Below are positions 40,151 to 50,554 of a stretch of DNA of 64,000 bases, piece after piece. The notes under the pieces are model-generated. The model ran no database searches, had not been told where the DNA came from, and saw only the letters and a list, made by a program, of their open reading frames with translations. Each line of letters begins with the position of its first letter. The stretch's first letter is position 1. Source of the stretch: Candidatus Bathyarchaeota archaeon (GTDB lineage Archaea > Thermoproteota > Bathyarchaeia > Bathyarchaeales > Bathycorpusculaceae); contig CAVZPM010000033.1 in NCBI GenBank assembly GCA_963777155.1, forward strand, positions 1 through 64,000, written 5' to 3'. Position numbers and translations under genes: made by a program.

Positions 40151-41239
40151 ATGAAAAAAATTCAAATCATAATTACCGTATTTCTAATCTCATTATCTAT
40201 CTGCGCATTCATGAGCATACAAGCAGAAGCCCAAATAACGCCAACGCCTACACCAGTTCCAACAACGACGCCTTCTCCGACCCCAAGTCCTTCCCCGACT
40301 CCAACTGCCACTCCTTCTCCAACACCGAGTCCTCCCCCAACTCCAACAGCGACCCCAACTCCTACACCTACCCCAACTCCAGCTCCAACTTCAACTCCGA
40401 GCCCTACCCCAACAACAACACCGACGCCAACCCCAAGTCCCACTCCTTCACCATCTCCTACCCCAACACCCACACCAACTCCAACACCTACAGTTTCTCC
40501 AACTCCGATCGCGAGTCCTTCGCCCTCGCCATCGCCAAGTCCATCTCCACCTGTTACCCCTTCCCCAACTCCAAGTCCCTCCCCGACTCCAACTGCTACT
40601 CCTTCACTTACTCCCACTGCGAATCCTTCTCCAACCCCAACTTCGACTCCAACTTCGCCTTCACCAACACAAACCTCAACAAGTACTCCCCTTCCAACAC
40701 TAACGCCGATTATATCTCCAACCCCTACAACTGTTCCAACTCCAACAAGAACGACATCACCTACTCCAACTATGTCAACAAGAACTGTGGCAGCAACTAC
40801 GGAAAGTGGAGCAATTGTTAATCTAAAAATCAACGGAAACATAACCAGTTCACAAATGTCCAACATCTCAATTACAACAAGACAGTCCCCAACGACAACA
40901 ACGTTGTCTTTCACTGTGACTGGTGAAAGCGGCACCCAAGGCTACAGCAACATAACTATCCCGAAAGATTCAGTAAATTACGCATCAACACCAACAATCT
41001 ACATTGACAACAAACCTGCTCAAAATCAAGGCTACACCCAAGACAGCACAAACATTTACATATGGTACTCAACCCACTTCAGCTCACATCAAGTGGCAAT
41101 ACAATTAGTTATCCCTTCGGCTCCGACAACCGCATCCTTGGTATCCTGGCTCGCGGTCGCAATAACAATCTCCCAAATCATTCTAGTTTATATTACAATA
41201 GCCATTAGACGCATAAGACGAAAACCTGACTACGCCTAA
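40151..41239 (+). CDS. Secreted Pro/Thr/Ser-rich (mucin-like) surface protein with C-terminal TM
   Basis: Signal peptide, ~175-aa (P-T/S)n tract, [18 protein letters not shown] domain, TM anchor. Confidence 0.8.
   Translation: MKKIQIIITVFLISLSICAFMSIQAEAQITPTPTPVPTTTPSPTPSPSPTPTATPSPTPSPPPTPTATPTPTPTPTPAPTSTPSPTPTTTPTPTPSPTPSPSPTPTPTPTPTPTVSPTPIASPSPSPSPSPSPPVTPSPTPSPSPTPTATPSLTPTANPSPTPTSTPTSPSPTQTSTSTPLPTLTPIISPTPTTVPTPTRTTSPTPTMSTRTVAATTESGAIVNLKINGNITSSQMSNISITTRQSPTTTTLSFTVTGESGTQGYSNITIPKDSVNYASTPTIYIDNKPAQNQGYTQDSTNIYIWYSTHFSSHQVAIQLVIPSAPTTASLVSWLAVAITISQIILVYITIAIRRIRRKPDYA
40230..40770 (+). repeat. Low-complexity Pro-Thr/Pro-Ser coding repeat
   Basis: Degenerate ccaact/ccttct hexamer codon repeats. 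Confidence 0.85.
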
Positions 41240-41349
41240 AGAAAGCGCGCTCTAGCTCAATATTTGCCCAAAATGCCTTCCTACAAATGAGCAAGGAGGT
41301 TGTGGAGTGGAAAATAGAAAAGTGAATCAAAATTTTGGGAGTCGGAGGT

Positions 41350-41724
41350 CTATGCTGTTTCTCTGACTTTAATGTGTTCCTCAATGTGGACTTTATTTGT
41401 CCTTAGGTCGAGCCAACAATGGAATAGGTCTTCGTTTTGGATTTTGTGGCTGTGGGGTTCAGGTTGCACATGGGATTTTATCATGCCAAATACTACGTCT
41501 GAAATTACCACTTTGTAGTTTCCGTTTGGAAGAGCTTCCACGGTTACGTGGCTTTCATCGGTTGGCAAGTTTCCGTAGCTACCTTCGTTCTCGATGCTTA
41601 ATTCTCGCTCTAGCCAGAGTTCCAAGAGTTCCGTGTTGGGTCGTTTTGGTTTCTTGATTTCTCTGTTGATGTGATCTAGGTACTGTTGGGGGATTGTTAT
41701 TTCGAAAGTTTTCAAGTCAAGCAC
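41350..41724 (-). CDS. Hypothetical protein
   Basis: 124-aa ORF, no recognised motif. Confidence 0.55.
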   Translation of the reverse strand: MLDLKTFEITIPQQYLDHINREIKKPKRPNTELLELWLERELSIENEGSYGNLPTDESHVTVEALPNGNYKVVISDVVFGMIKSHVQPEPHSHKIQNEDLFHCWLDLRTNKVHIEEHIKVRETA

Positions 41725-41932
41725 CTGTGTTTATTAGAAACTGACAAATGAGGTATAAATAGAGATTGGAAATCAAAAACAACAGTTGTTCACCGCTTTT
41801 TGTCTAATTTTGTTCGGAAAAATTGCTTCACAAATAATATATGAACAACCACAAACGCGAACATTTTTACAGAGAGGTTGTGAAATATAATGATAATCAA
41901 CTAAATAGGTAAGTCTACGATGGCTGAATCTT

Positions 41933-43195
41933 ATGATTAAAAAGGGTTTAGATGAAAAAGAAGAGGGCTATTCTAAAATGACCGAAATAACTAATGTAGC
42001 GGAAAAAGGATTAAGCATGCTGTGTTCTATGGGATCTCCTAAAAAAATGCCGTTTTCTCTTGACGACCTTCATTTTGTACCTGCTCAAGTTTATAGAATT
42101 CCTCTTAACACAAACGAAGAAGTAAGCATAAAGACTGTTATCGGACCAGAAGCAAAAAAACCTCTGAAAGTTTCCTCTCCAATCATGTTCAGCGGGATGA
42201 GCTATGGAGCTGTATCCAAAAAGGTGAGATTAGTTCTGGCAAGAGTTGCTTCGAAACTAAATCTGGGAGTAAACTCGGGGGAAGATATAGTTCTACCAGA
42301 AGAGCTGGATATTGCATCAAAAAACCTTATTGTACAATACTCAACTGGAAAGTTTAGAATAACTGAAGAGACTCTTAAGAAAAGTTCAGCGGTAGAAATC
42401 AGGTTTGGTCAAGGAGCATTTCCAGGATGGGAGAGTCTGTTGCCTGCAGAAAAAGTACCGCCTGAAGTAGCCAAGTTGATGGAGCTTAAAGAAGGGGAAT
42501 CTGTTCTCACCCCCGCACATCATTCGGACATAAGAAATGAAGATGAACTTAAAGAAAAAGTAAGATGGTTAAAGGAGATAACCGACGGAATTCCAGTCGG
42601 CGCCAAGATAGGTTGTGGAAATGTCGAAGATGATGTTGAAATTCTGGCAAACAGCGGCGTAGATTTTATTTCACTTGATGGTTTCGGAGGAGGAACAGGG
42701 GCAACTGAATTTTTTGTGAGAGAGAATGTTGGAGTTCCCATTGTGGCAGCTTTGCCAAGAGCTGACAGGCATTTGAAGAAGATGGGCTTAAGAAACAAAA
42801 TTACCTTGATTGCGGGGGGCGGATTGAGAACCTCAGCGGATTTTGCAAAGTGTCTTGCTCTTGGTGCAGACGCAGTTTACATCGGAACTTCTGCTTTAAT
42901 AGCAATAAACTGTCAGCAATACAGAGTCTGCCACACAGGACATTGTCCAACCGGAGTGACCACAAATGATCCAATTCTAGTTCAACAACTAAATGTAGAT
43001 GAAGGGGTTCGTAAGCTGACAAACTTCATTAATGTTTCAAATCTGGAAGTTGCAAATCTGCTAAGAATTGTTGGAAAGGACGATATCAAGAAACTGGGAA
43101 TAGAAGACTTGGTTGCTTTGAAAAAAGAATTATCTGAAGCTACGGGTGTCAAGTGGATTAATGGAAAGAATATGTCTCTCAATCCCCACGTGTAG
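41933..43195 (+). CDS. FMN-binding glutamate synthase family protein (stand-alone GltB FMN domain)
   Basis: MSYGAVS, NSGE, GQGA.PG, DG.GGGTGA, GGLRT..D..K.LALGAD, C.QYRVCHTG.CPTG. Confidence 0.88.
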   Translation: MIKKGLDEKEEGYSKMTEITNVAEKGLSMLCSMGSPKKMPFSLDDLHFVPAQVYRIPLNTNEEVSIKTVIGPEAKKPLKVSSPIMFSGMSYGAVSKKVRLVLARVASKLNLGVNSGEDIVLPEELDIASKNLIVQYSTGKFRITEETLKKSSAVEIRFGQGAFPGWESLLPAEKVPPEVAKLMELKEGESVLTPAHHSDIRNEDELKEKVRWLKEITDGIPVGAKIGCGNVEDDVEILANSGVDFISLDGFGGGTGATEFFVRENVGVPIVAALPRADRHLKKMGLRNKITLIAGGGLRTSADFAKCLALGADAVYIGTSALIAINCQQYRVCHTGHCPTGVTTNDPILVQQLNVDEGVRKLTNFINVSNLEVANLLRIVGKDDIKKLGIEDLVALKKELSEATGVKWINGKNMSLNPHV

Positions 43196-43397
43196 AAGCT
43201 GGTCTAATCCCAAACATGTTGGGATAACCTATGGAAAGGTAAATACCCAGAAATTCATAAGGACCCAAAGTTCAATTTTTAACTATTTTGCATCAGAGAA
43301 GATTGCGAAATAAGAAAGGCTATCGAGCATCTTCCTCTAAATACAATTTCTTTTCTTTGTAAAAAAAGTCGAGGGGTTGTTAACCCTGCTTGTGTGT

Positions 43398-44066
43398 TTA
43401 TATAAGTTTGGTGCCGCATTCGCCACAGAAACTGGTACCTGCAGGATTTTTAGCGCCGCACTTGGGGCAAACAATCAATCCTAATGGTGCTCCACAGTTA
43501 TTGCAGAATTTGCCTGAACCGGCTGGTTTTCCACATACAGGACAAATTGTCTGTCTTTGTGTTATTTCACCTGAATAGACTTGGGTGGTTCCGGCTTTTT
43601 GTTTAATGTCTGCGACCATTTTCTCGGCTCTTGCCGCAGCTACCTCAGTGCTTTCTCTTGGGGCATCATCAGTGCATAGTCCTTCCTGTTCGTTCCAGTC
43701 ATTTTCGCAAACGTATTTGTGGCATCTGGGGCATCTGTGGAAGTGACCTTTTGCTTCGTTTTGGGCGAGTTCGAATGCTTGTTCATGTTCTTTATGCCAA
43801 TCAGGTGTCATGCCTTGGAATCGTTGGCTCATTGCGTCTGCTCCTCGTTGAATTGAGTAACCTCCGCGCCCAGCTAGTTCTGATCCGATCGAAGCGACTT
43901 GACCAAGTCCTCTCCACAATCCTTTTTTCTTGTAGGTTTTGCTTGCGACGAAGTTTGTTTTGTAGCCGTCGTTGCATATGTCACACATAAAGGTGAATTG
44001 GAACCCAGCTTCGGTGCTGTTATCATCATAGTTTCTTGTAAAAGGTTGAAGTGGCATTTTACTCAT
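43398..44066 (-). CDS. Zinc-ribbon protein (double zinc ribbon at the C-terminus)
   Basis: CDIC, CPRC, CPVC/CNNC, CPKC/CGEC. Confidence 0.8.
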   Translation of the reverse strand: MSKMPLQPFTRNYDDNSTEAGFQFTFMCDICNDGYKTNFVASKTYKKKGLWRGLGQVASIGSELAGRGGYSIQRGADAMSQRFQGMTPDWHKEHEQAFELAQNEAKGHFHRCPRCHKYVCENDWNEQEGLCTDDAPRESTEVAAARAEKMVADIKQKAGTTQVYSGEITQRQTICPVCGKPAGSGKFCNNCGAPLGLIVCPKCGAKNPAGTSFCGECGTKLI

Positions 44067-44398
44067 CTCTTAATTATATTTAGGGGCTTACCGCATTTTA
44101 TGCATTTCTCTCCCAAAGGTGCTTGCTCTGTTTTGCATTTTGCACAGACAACGGTGAGCCTTTGATTACAGTTTTGGCAGTAGTCTCCGAAGAAGGTGGG
44201 TTTTCCACAATGCGGGCAGTTTATCTGAAGTGACAAGCCACAGTTGCTACACCTGACTTGTCCTGTTTCGGTGGGGTTCCGGCATTTCGGGCATCGCTGA
44301 GGCCCTACTGGGTTGACTTTTCCACAGAAGGGACACACATTGTCATCTGCGGATACAAGTTTTCCGCAGTACTTGCAAGGGTGTTTGTAACCTGGCAT
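44063..44398 (-). CDS. Multi-zinc-ribbon protein (8 CxxC motifs in ~111 aa)
   Basis: CKYC, CPFC, CPKC, CSNC, CPHC, CQNC, CAKC, CIKC. Confidence 0.8.
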   Translation of the reverse strand: MPGYKHPCKYCGKLVSADDNVCPFCGKVNPVGPQRCPKCRNPTETGQVRCSNCGLSLQINCPHCGKPTFFGDYCQNCNQRLTVVCAKCKTEQAPLGEKCIKCGKPLNIIKR

Positions 44399-44399
44399 T

Positions 44400-45806
44400 T
44401 CATGCATCTCCTTTCTTCCATTTTTCTGTATCATCCAAACTTCTAGTATTGAAAGCTAATAAACTAGCTACATCGCTCTTCCACTGTTCAAGTGATGAAT
44501 GTATTACTCTTCCAATGAACAGACTTCTCAACATCCTTAATGAGGGCATTCTTGCAATGGCAAATCGGTATTGAACATATTTCGTGCTGTCCAATTGGTT
44601 TTCGGAGAGGAATATTGGTTCTCTTCGGAAGTTAACATCGATCATGGCACGGTTGATGTTTTTGATAAAATTCTCCAGTTCTCTGATTAGGTCTTCGTCT
44701 TTTGTCTGTGCGTATTCCTTTCGACTCATTGTTCTGAAAAAGTAGGTTGCTCCTGTTGTGGCAGGTTTTTGTTCTTTATCTTGATTTTGACTGGTTTCTT
44801 CTTCTGTTTCGAAGACTGTATTCTCTGAATCCCCCTGTTGTTTTGTATCTTCCACTGCATCGTCCTTGGTGTTGAATGCTTCTATAGCTATTGTGTTGCT
44901 CAGTCTGTTTGTTCCTGGGTCAAGAAGAGGAAACATCATCCATATGTAAGTGCCAGTTAGATCGCCCATAAGTCCACGTTTAATTCCTACACAAACTTGG
45001 TCTTTTGCAACGAGTGAGTTTAGGAAGTTGTATTCTTTAGTTATACCTGCTTCGTCTATTTTCTTTTCCAAGCGTCGCCAGAAGTCTTGTGACTGTAATT
45101 CGATTTCCTTTCTTTTTGCTGCTCGCCCATCTTTCATAAGTGACGCTATTTTGTTTAAAGCGAGTGGAGTAGCTTCGGGAATTAGTTCTTTTATGTTTTC
45201 CTGCGTTCTAAGGATCATTTTGTTTAGAGCGTCTGAGAGGGCTTTCGCGAGTGGATCGAAGTTTTGTCCGAGTCGCGTGAATTCAATTTTTTCTAAAAAT
45301 TCGTTTGTAATTTTTAGCGTGTAGTCTTGTTTGTTCACGTTTGTTATATAGCAGTATGGAAGACGAATGGGGTCGCTTTTTTGTGGCAGAACTACAATTG
45401 CAGTGTCATAGAGGCGGATTTCACAGTTCCCGGTTTGGTTTATCTGCCCGTTTGGGTCAATTAGGTTATATTGTGCTTCGAAGCCACCTTTGAGAAGTGA
45501 TTCATCTATAAGTAGATATTTGAGCATTAGCTCATTTCTAAACTTGTATAGTTGGAAAAGAAAATCTTCGTATTGGTATCCTAAGCCCCAAAGGTTCAGT
45601 TTTTCTTTGGAAGTTAAGAAAAGATCGACTTTGTAGTCATAGTCTGATATTCCGACAATGTCCGTATATGCAAATAACATAGGTTCCCCGAACATGACGG
45701 TTAGAGTCAGATATCGTTCGTCGAATGTGGCTTTTGCTTCTCCTTCGGTTTTTATGTTCGATTCGTCGTCGTAGAGTTTGTAGTTTACTGCAACTTCCAT
45801 ACGCAT
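44400..45806 (-). CDS. Hypothetical protein, possibly two N-terminal PH-like domains
   Basis: Two ~100-aa beta-rich units with similar patterns (YTDI.GI...DYKV.L and YCYI.NV...DYTL.I, each ending LG..(Y/F)). Confidence 0.65.
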   Translation of the reverse strand: MRMEVAVNYKLYDDESNIKTEGEAKATFDERYLTLTVMFGEPMLFAYTDIVGISDYDYKVDLFLTSKEKLNLWGLGYQYEDFLFQLYKFRNELMLKYLLIDESLLKGGFEAQYNLIDPNGQINQTGNCEIRLYDTAIVVLPQKSDPIRLPYCYITNVNKQDYTLKITNEFLEKIEFTRLGQNFDPLAKALSDALNKMILRTQENIKELIPEATPLALNKIASLMKDGRAAKRKEIELQSQDFWRRLEKKIDEAGITKEYNFLNSLVAKDQVCVGIKRGLMGDLTGTYIWMMFPLLDPGTNRLSNTIAIEAFNTKDDAVEDTKQQGDSENTVFETEEETSQNQDKEQKPATTGATYFFRTMSRKEYAQTKDEDLIRELENFIKNINRAMIDVNFRREPIFLSENQLDSTKYVQYRFAIARMPSLRMLRSLFIGRVIHSSLEQWKSDVASLLAFNTRSLDDTEKWKKGDA

Positions 45807-45989
45807 AACCTATGATTACTTATGCTTTAGTGGGATATCTAATTTTGTAATATATTGGGCTGACTGTAAGGTTTTTTTTCAAAGATTCCTAAACCAACAT
45901 TTTTTGATTAAACCCAAGCCACAAAAAAGCTAATCATTGTCTTCAAAACTTTAAATATACAAAGTAGAGCGTACAAATTGCGGAAACAT

Positions 45990-46448
45990 ATGAAGACAAT
46001 TATCTTATACTCGTCTAAAAGTGGCAACACAAAGAAAATTGCAGACTCGATGGCTTCCCAAGTAGGCTGTGACGCAATAAGAATAACTGCCGATAACACT
46101 CCACCCAATGTAGATTTAGAGGGGTATGACCTAGTGCTTGTTGGAACAGGTCTTTTTGCTGGAACACCCAACGAAGACATGGTACGGTATATTGGGAACT
46201 TAAATTTGAAAACCACCAAAATGTTTGCTCTGTTTATTACTTGGGGAGGAGCACCAAGAACTGATAAATTGGCATTGAAAAGGCTAAAGGCGCTTTTGGA
46301 GGGCAAGGGGCAGAAAGTGCTTGAGGACCCTTTTGCGTGTTATGGTGGGTGGAAGGGTGTGCTTATGAAGAGAGGTCATCCTAAAGCTGAGGAAATCAAA
46401 GCTGCAGGTGAATGGGCAAAAAAGCTTGTTGATGGTTTGGAAAAATGA
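45990..46448 (+). CDS. Flavodoxin-like protein
   Basis: ILYSSKSGNTKKIA, YDLVLVGTG, GHP. Confidence 0.85.
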   Translation: MKTIILYSSKSGNTKKIADSMASQVGCDAIRITADNTPPNVDLEGYDLVLVGTGLFAGTPNEDMVRYIGNLNLKTTKMFALFITWGGAPRTDKLALKRLKALLEGKGQKVLEDPFACYGGWKGVLMKRGHPKAEEIKAAGEWAKKLVDGLEK

Positions 46449-47011
46449 AACAAGCAAAGTTATTTGGTGAAAAAGAAGCAGAACCCAAGGTCTTGACTTC
46501 GTTGGAAATAGCAAGAGCGGAAATGTTGGCATCTCAAATAAGCGAGAAAATAAAACCGTTATGCATCCGACTGGAACTCGTTGGTTCTATCCGCAGAAAA
46601 AAACTTGTTGTAGGAGATATTGACTTTGTTGCTGTGGCAACTGATGGCAATTGGACAAAAATCGCTTCATGTTTCAAAAAATCAAACGTAATTTGCGCTG
46701 GAAATCAACTCATTAAGGTAAACTACCCTATAGATGGGTGTTTATTCCAAGCTGATTTTTATCGTGCATATGATAAGAATTTTGGCATTCAACAACTAAT
46801 CCGCACTGGCAGCGCCGACCATAATATGTGGCTTGCAAGTTACTCTCTTTCAAAAGGGTTTAGACTAAAATATAGTGAAGGATTACTAAAAGATGAAAAA
46901 GTCATTGCTGGCAAAACAGAAGAAAGCGTTTTGGAAGCTTTAGATTTGCTTTGTCCAAAGCCTGAAGAAAGAGAAATTGTAAATGGAAAACCTGTCTGGT
47001 TAAAAAGTTAA
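46445..47011 (+). CDS. Minimal family X DNA polymerase (palm and thumb only)
   Basis: VGSIRR..VGDIDF, QADF, TGSADHN, GF.L...GL, TEESVLEAL....PEERE. Confidence 0.85.
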   Translation: MKQAKLFGEKEAEPKVLTSLEIARAEMLASQISEKIKPLCIRLELVGSIRRKKLVVGDIDFVAVATDGNWTKIASCFKKSNVICAGNQLIKVNYPIDGCLFQADFYRAYDKNFGIQQLIRTGSADHNMWLASYSLSKGFRLKYSEGLLKDEKVIAGKTEESVLEALDLLCPKPEEREIVNGKPVWLKS

Positions 47012-47250
47012 AAGTGAAGTTCATTGCTACCTTCAATTTTGTCTTTGTTAATAATATAATCCAACCAACGATGTAGGGTCAGTTTTGAAAAACGTCTGTT
47101 AAGCTGTTAAGGATTTCAGGGCAGCGCATCACATTAACATAAAATACTCTTGCCTCTATTCGCATATGACAAGTGAATAATTAATACCCAATAAAGGTCC
47201 AAAATAGCCGAAAAAGATTAAAAAAGAAAAAAGGTTGAATTTTGTGTTGT

Positions 47251-47913
47251 TTAGCTGGGTGCAAACAACGAGTCTGGAAGCGATGGATTAACGCTGACAC
47301 CAGAAAATGTCACTGAGTCTCCGCCAGCTGAATAAGTGTAGTCTCCTAATCCTGTCCATGCGCTAAGACTGCCTACGTATCCTTGCCATAATGTGTTCCA
47401 TGTATCGTATTGCATTGCGTACACTTCTGAAACGTCAGTCCATGTTCCATCTGAGTACGACCAGGCCTTCTGTTGTGCCGAATTTATTATGAATCCACCT
47501 TGAGTTCCTGAACCGTCTGTGTAATCGATACGCATCATAAAGTTTGCTGTACCCGCATTTTTGCCATAGTATGTGTATGATCCCTCTGAAACTCCGCCAG
47601 AGGTTACTGAAACAGTGTATTGTAGACTGCTTGCTCCTGCAATATCTGCACCTGTAACACTGCTAGATGGTGCCGGCGTTGAGGTTGCTCCAGTGGTAGG
47701 TGTCGGGTTGCCGTTTGGCGTTGGCGTTGGTGTTGTTGTAGAATTATTGTTGCCCAAGCCGCCCATCGCTATGAAGGCTCCCACTACTATAATAACAATC
47801 AATATGAGCGCTAGAAGGATTAGCAGCAGAGTCTTACGAGATTTCTTTTTGGTTGGTTCTGGTGGTGGAGGAGAAGGCATTGCTAAAATATTATTTGAGA
47901 ACTCTTTTTTCAT
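47251..47913 (-). CDS. Single-pass membrane protein: poly-Pro N-tail, TM helix, Thr/Pro linker, extracellular beta domain
   Basis: PSPPPPEPTKKKSRKT-LLLILL...; C-terminal LPDSLF. Confidence 0.75.
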   Translation of the reverse strand: MKKEFSNNILAMPSPPPPEPTKKKSRKTLLLILLALILIVIIVVGAFIAMGGLGNNNSTTTPTPTPNGNPTPTTGATSTPAPSSSVTGADIAGASSLQYTVSVTSGGVSEGSYTYYGKNAGTANFMMRIDYTDGSGTQGGFIINSAQQKAWSYSDGTWTDVSEVYAMQYDTWNTLWQGYVGSLSAWTGLGDYTYSAGGDSVTFSGVSVNPSLPDSLFAPS

Positions 47914-48249
47914 ATATTTCCCTAAGTTTTAATGGATTTGATTGTCGAATAAACCTTTCGGAAAAAACACTGAATGATTCTTAAACAAGCGCTAAGTTGA
48001 TTTACATTAAACCCAGACTTTACCAAGCAGTCAAAACTCAGCATACCCGCCTAACAAACCAAAATTTTTTTTATAAAACAATAGATAACCTACTGTAACC
48101 GGTAGTAATTTGGTTGGTTGGATTCGAAAATAATCTCCGAACCACTAGAAAGTACGTCATAATTAACAAACTCTACGTTCTATCGAATTCTCTCAACAAA
48201 TACAAAAATGATTTTCGAGAAATATCGCGGTCTTTGAATAACGAATCGT

Positions 48250-49374
48250 CTAATGACTGTTGTTTTTTGTGTTAAATAACTCTGATAATTTCAGAATTGT
48301 TTCCTTGTAAACCGAAATAGCGTCTAAATATTCTTTGGTCTCGATGTGTTCGTCCAATGTATGGTCAAGGTGGGAGTCTCCTGGTCCATACGTAACTATG
48401 GGCAGGTTCATGGCTTTACCAAGAATGTTCATGTCTCCCGTACCGGTTTTGTGCAGAAGCGTTGCAGGTTTGTTTAGCACTTTTCTAACCGACGAAGCCA
48501 ACACATGAACCAGCGGAGATGCTTTGTTTACCTCAAAGGGTTCAACAGTGTCCAAAACGGTTGCTTTCACGGAGACCTTTGGGTTGGCAGCTTGGTATTT
48601 GTTAATTATCTTCTGTATCTGCTCAAAAACCTGGGAGGTTGAGAATTGGATGGGAACGCGGACATCTAGGTTCATTTCTGCCTCGAAGGGAACAACTGAG
48701 GTGGCTCTTCCACCGACAAGCTTCACTAAACAGGCCGTGACAGCGTTGTATGGACTCGCAGAGGGATCAAGCGAGGGATACGAAGACGCATTTTTGATGT
48801 GTTCCCAAACCTCAATGGCTTTCTCCAAAGAGTTGTCGTAGAGCCAGGGCGTAGAAGCATGTCCCGTCTCGGTTTTAAGGAGAATTTTGAGTTGAATTTG
48901 ACCCTTATATCCAATTGTAACGTTTTCGACGCCGCTTGGTTCACCGAATATTGCGTAGTCAGCCGTTATTCCTTGAGTGATAAGGTGCTTAACACCTCTG
49001 CTAGTGGCTTCTTCTTCGACAACGGCAGCAACTAAGATTTTACCTTTAAACCCAATTTCTTTGGAAGCGGCAAGGGCAGCCATAATCATTGCGGCAAGCG
49101 GACCTTTCGCGTCTACGGCGCCTCGGGCGAAGATTTTATTTTCGTCTATTCGAAGCGGCAAGTGACCAGCTACTGTATCCATGTGACCGCACAACAGGAT
49201 TACGGGTTCGCCTTCGCCGACTACACCAATAACGTTGCCTATGGCGTCTTTTCCAACTTCAAAACCCATCTTTCCCATTTCTGATTCTAAAAAGTTGGCT
49301 GCGTCCCCTTCTTTGCCTGAGGGACTATAGATGCCCAGTAGGTTAGTTAGGAACCGGACTGCTTGCTCGCTCAT
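48250..49374 (-). CDS. lysK: [LysW]-lysine/[LysW]-ornithine hydrolase (M20 family)
   Basis: GHMDTV, RGAVDAKG, VEEE, GEPS, YGPGDS.LDH. Confidence 0.9.
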   Translation of the reverse strand: MSEQAVRFLTNLLGIYSPSGKEGDAANFLESEMGKMGFEVGKDAIGNVIGVVGEGEPVILLCGHMDTVAGHLPLRIDENKIFARGAVDAKGPLAAMIMAALAASKEIGFKGKILVAAVVEEEATSRGVKHLITQGITADYAIFGEPSGVENVTIGYKGQIQLKILLKTETGHASTPWLYDNSLEKAIEVWEHIKNASSYPSLDPSASPYNAVTACLVKLVGGRATSVVPFEAEMNLDVRVPIQFSTSQVFEQIQKIINKYQAANPKVSVKATVLDTVEPFEVNKASPLVHVLASSVRKVLNKPATLLHKTGTGDMNILGKAMNLPIVTYGPGDSHLDHTLDEHIETKEYLDAISVYKETILKLSELFNTKNNSH

Positions 49375-50554
49375 TTTCCTCTTCTCCTAAAACTGTATCT
49401 AGAACTGCGATGGCTTTATCGATTTGTGCTTTTTCAATAACCAACGGCGGTAGTAAACGAACCACGGTTCTACCTGCATCTAACACTAAAACGCCTCTGT
49501 CAAGCGCTTTTAGAATAACGTTGTGTACGTCAAAGCGTAGTTCCATGCCAAGCATTAGACCTAAACCGCGGACTTCTTTGATGATTTTGTGTTTGGCTTG
49601 GAGAGCTTCCAGCTGTGACTTGAAGTATTTGCCGTTGGCAGCTGCTTTGTCTGCAAGTTTCTCTTCCAATAAGGCATCGATGGCAGCGCATCCTGCAGCG
49701 CAAACCATTGGATTCCCACTGAAAGTAGTAGAGTGTTCACCAACTTTAAACGAGGACATGATATTTTCTTTTGCCACAGTAATCCCTAAAGGTAATCCGC
49801 CCGCAAAAGGCTTGGCCAAACACATAATATCGGGAATAACCCCCCAGTTTTGACACGCGAACAGTTTTCCCGTGCGTCCAAAGCTTGTTTGGACTTCGTC
49901 GAAGATCAGCAGAACGTTTTTTTCATCACAGATTTCCCGAATCGCTTGCAGGTAACCTTCTTGTGGAACACGAACGCCGCCTTCTCCGCGAATGGGCTCC
50001 ATTATAACCGCCGCAGTTTTTTCAGTTATTGCTTCCCGGATTTTGTCAACATTGTCTGGAACCACATGCTTGAAATCTGGAACTAAGGGCATGAAGGGTT
50101 CACGGTATTTCTTGTCCCATGTAGCTGACAGGGCCCCCATGGTTTTTCCGTGAAATGCCCCCATTAGCGCGATGATTTCTGTTTTGCCTGTTGCTTTGCG
50201 GGCTAGTTTAATTGCGCATTCGACAGTTTCAGCACCGCTGTTTGAGAGAAACGCCTTGTCTAAGCCCTCGGGAGTTATGGCCACGAGTTTTTTTATGAAC
50301 TCTGCTCGTTTATCATTGTAGTAACAGCTGTGGCAAGTGATAAGTTCTTCAGCTTGAGCTTTTATTGCCGCCACAACTTTTGGGTGACAATGTCCTAATG
50401 CCGCAACACCATAACTGCTTGAGCAATCAACATATTCTTTACCGTTAATATCCCAAAGAAGCGCACCTTTGCCACGTGTGATGACAACGGGTCTTTTTGA
50501 GAAAACATTCGCCAAATAGCGAGTATCAATGTCAACTATTTCTTTTTCATTCAC
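49343..50554 (-). CDS. lysJ: [LysW]-aminoadipate semialdehyde/glutamate semialdehyde aminotransferase
   Basis: NSGAETVE, FHGKTMGALS, FDEVQT.FGRTG, LAK (PLP-binding Lys), HSTTF.GNP. Confidence 0.9.
   Translation of the reverse strand: MNEKEIVDIDTRYLANVFSKRPVVITRGKGALLWDINGKEYVDCSSSYGVAALGHCHPKVVAAIKAQAEELITCHSCYYNDKRAEFIKKLVAITPEGLDKAFLSNSGAETVECAIKLARKATGKTEIIALMGAFHGKTMGALSATWDKKYREPFMPLVPDFKHVVPDNVDKIREAITEKTAAVIMEPIRGEGGVRVPQEGYLQAIREICDEKNVLLIFDEVQTSFGRTGKLFACQNWGVIPDIMCLAKPFAGGLPLGITVAKENIMSSFKVGEHSTTFSGNPMVCAAGCAAIDALLEEKLADKAAANGKYFKSQLEALQAKHKIIKEVRGLGLMLGMELRFDVHNVILKALDRGVLVLDAGRTVVRLLPPLVIEKAQIDKAIAVLDTVLGEEENERASSPVPN

Noticed and set aside
40162-40935. 257-aa Gly/Val-rich antisense ORF and the alternate-frame 40045-40821 ORF
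   Set aside because: Shadows of the Pro/Thr repeat gene.
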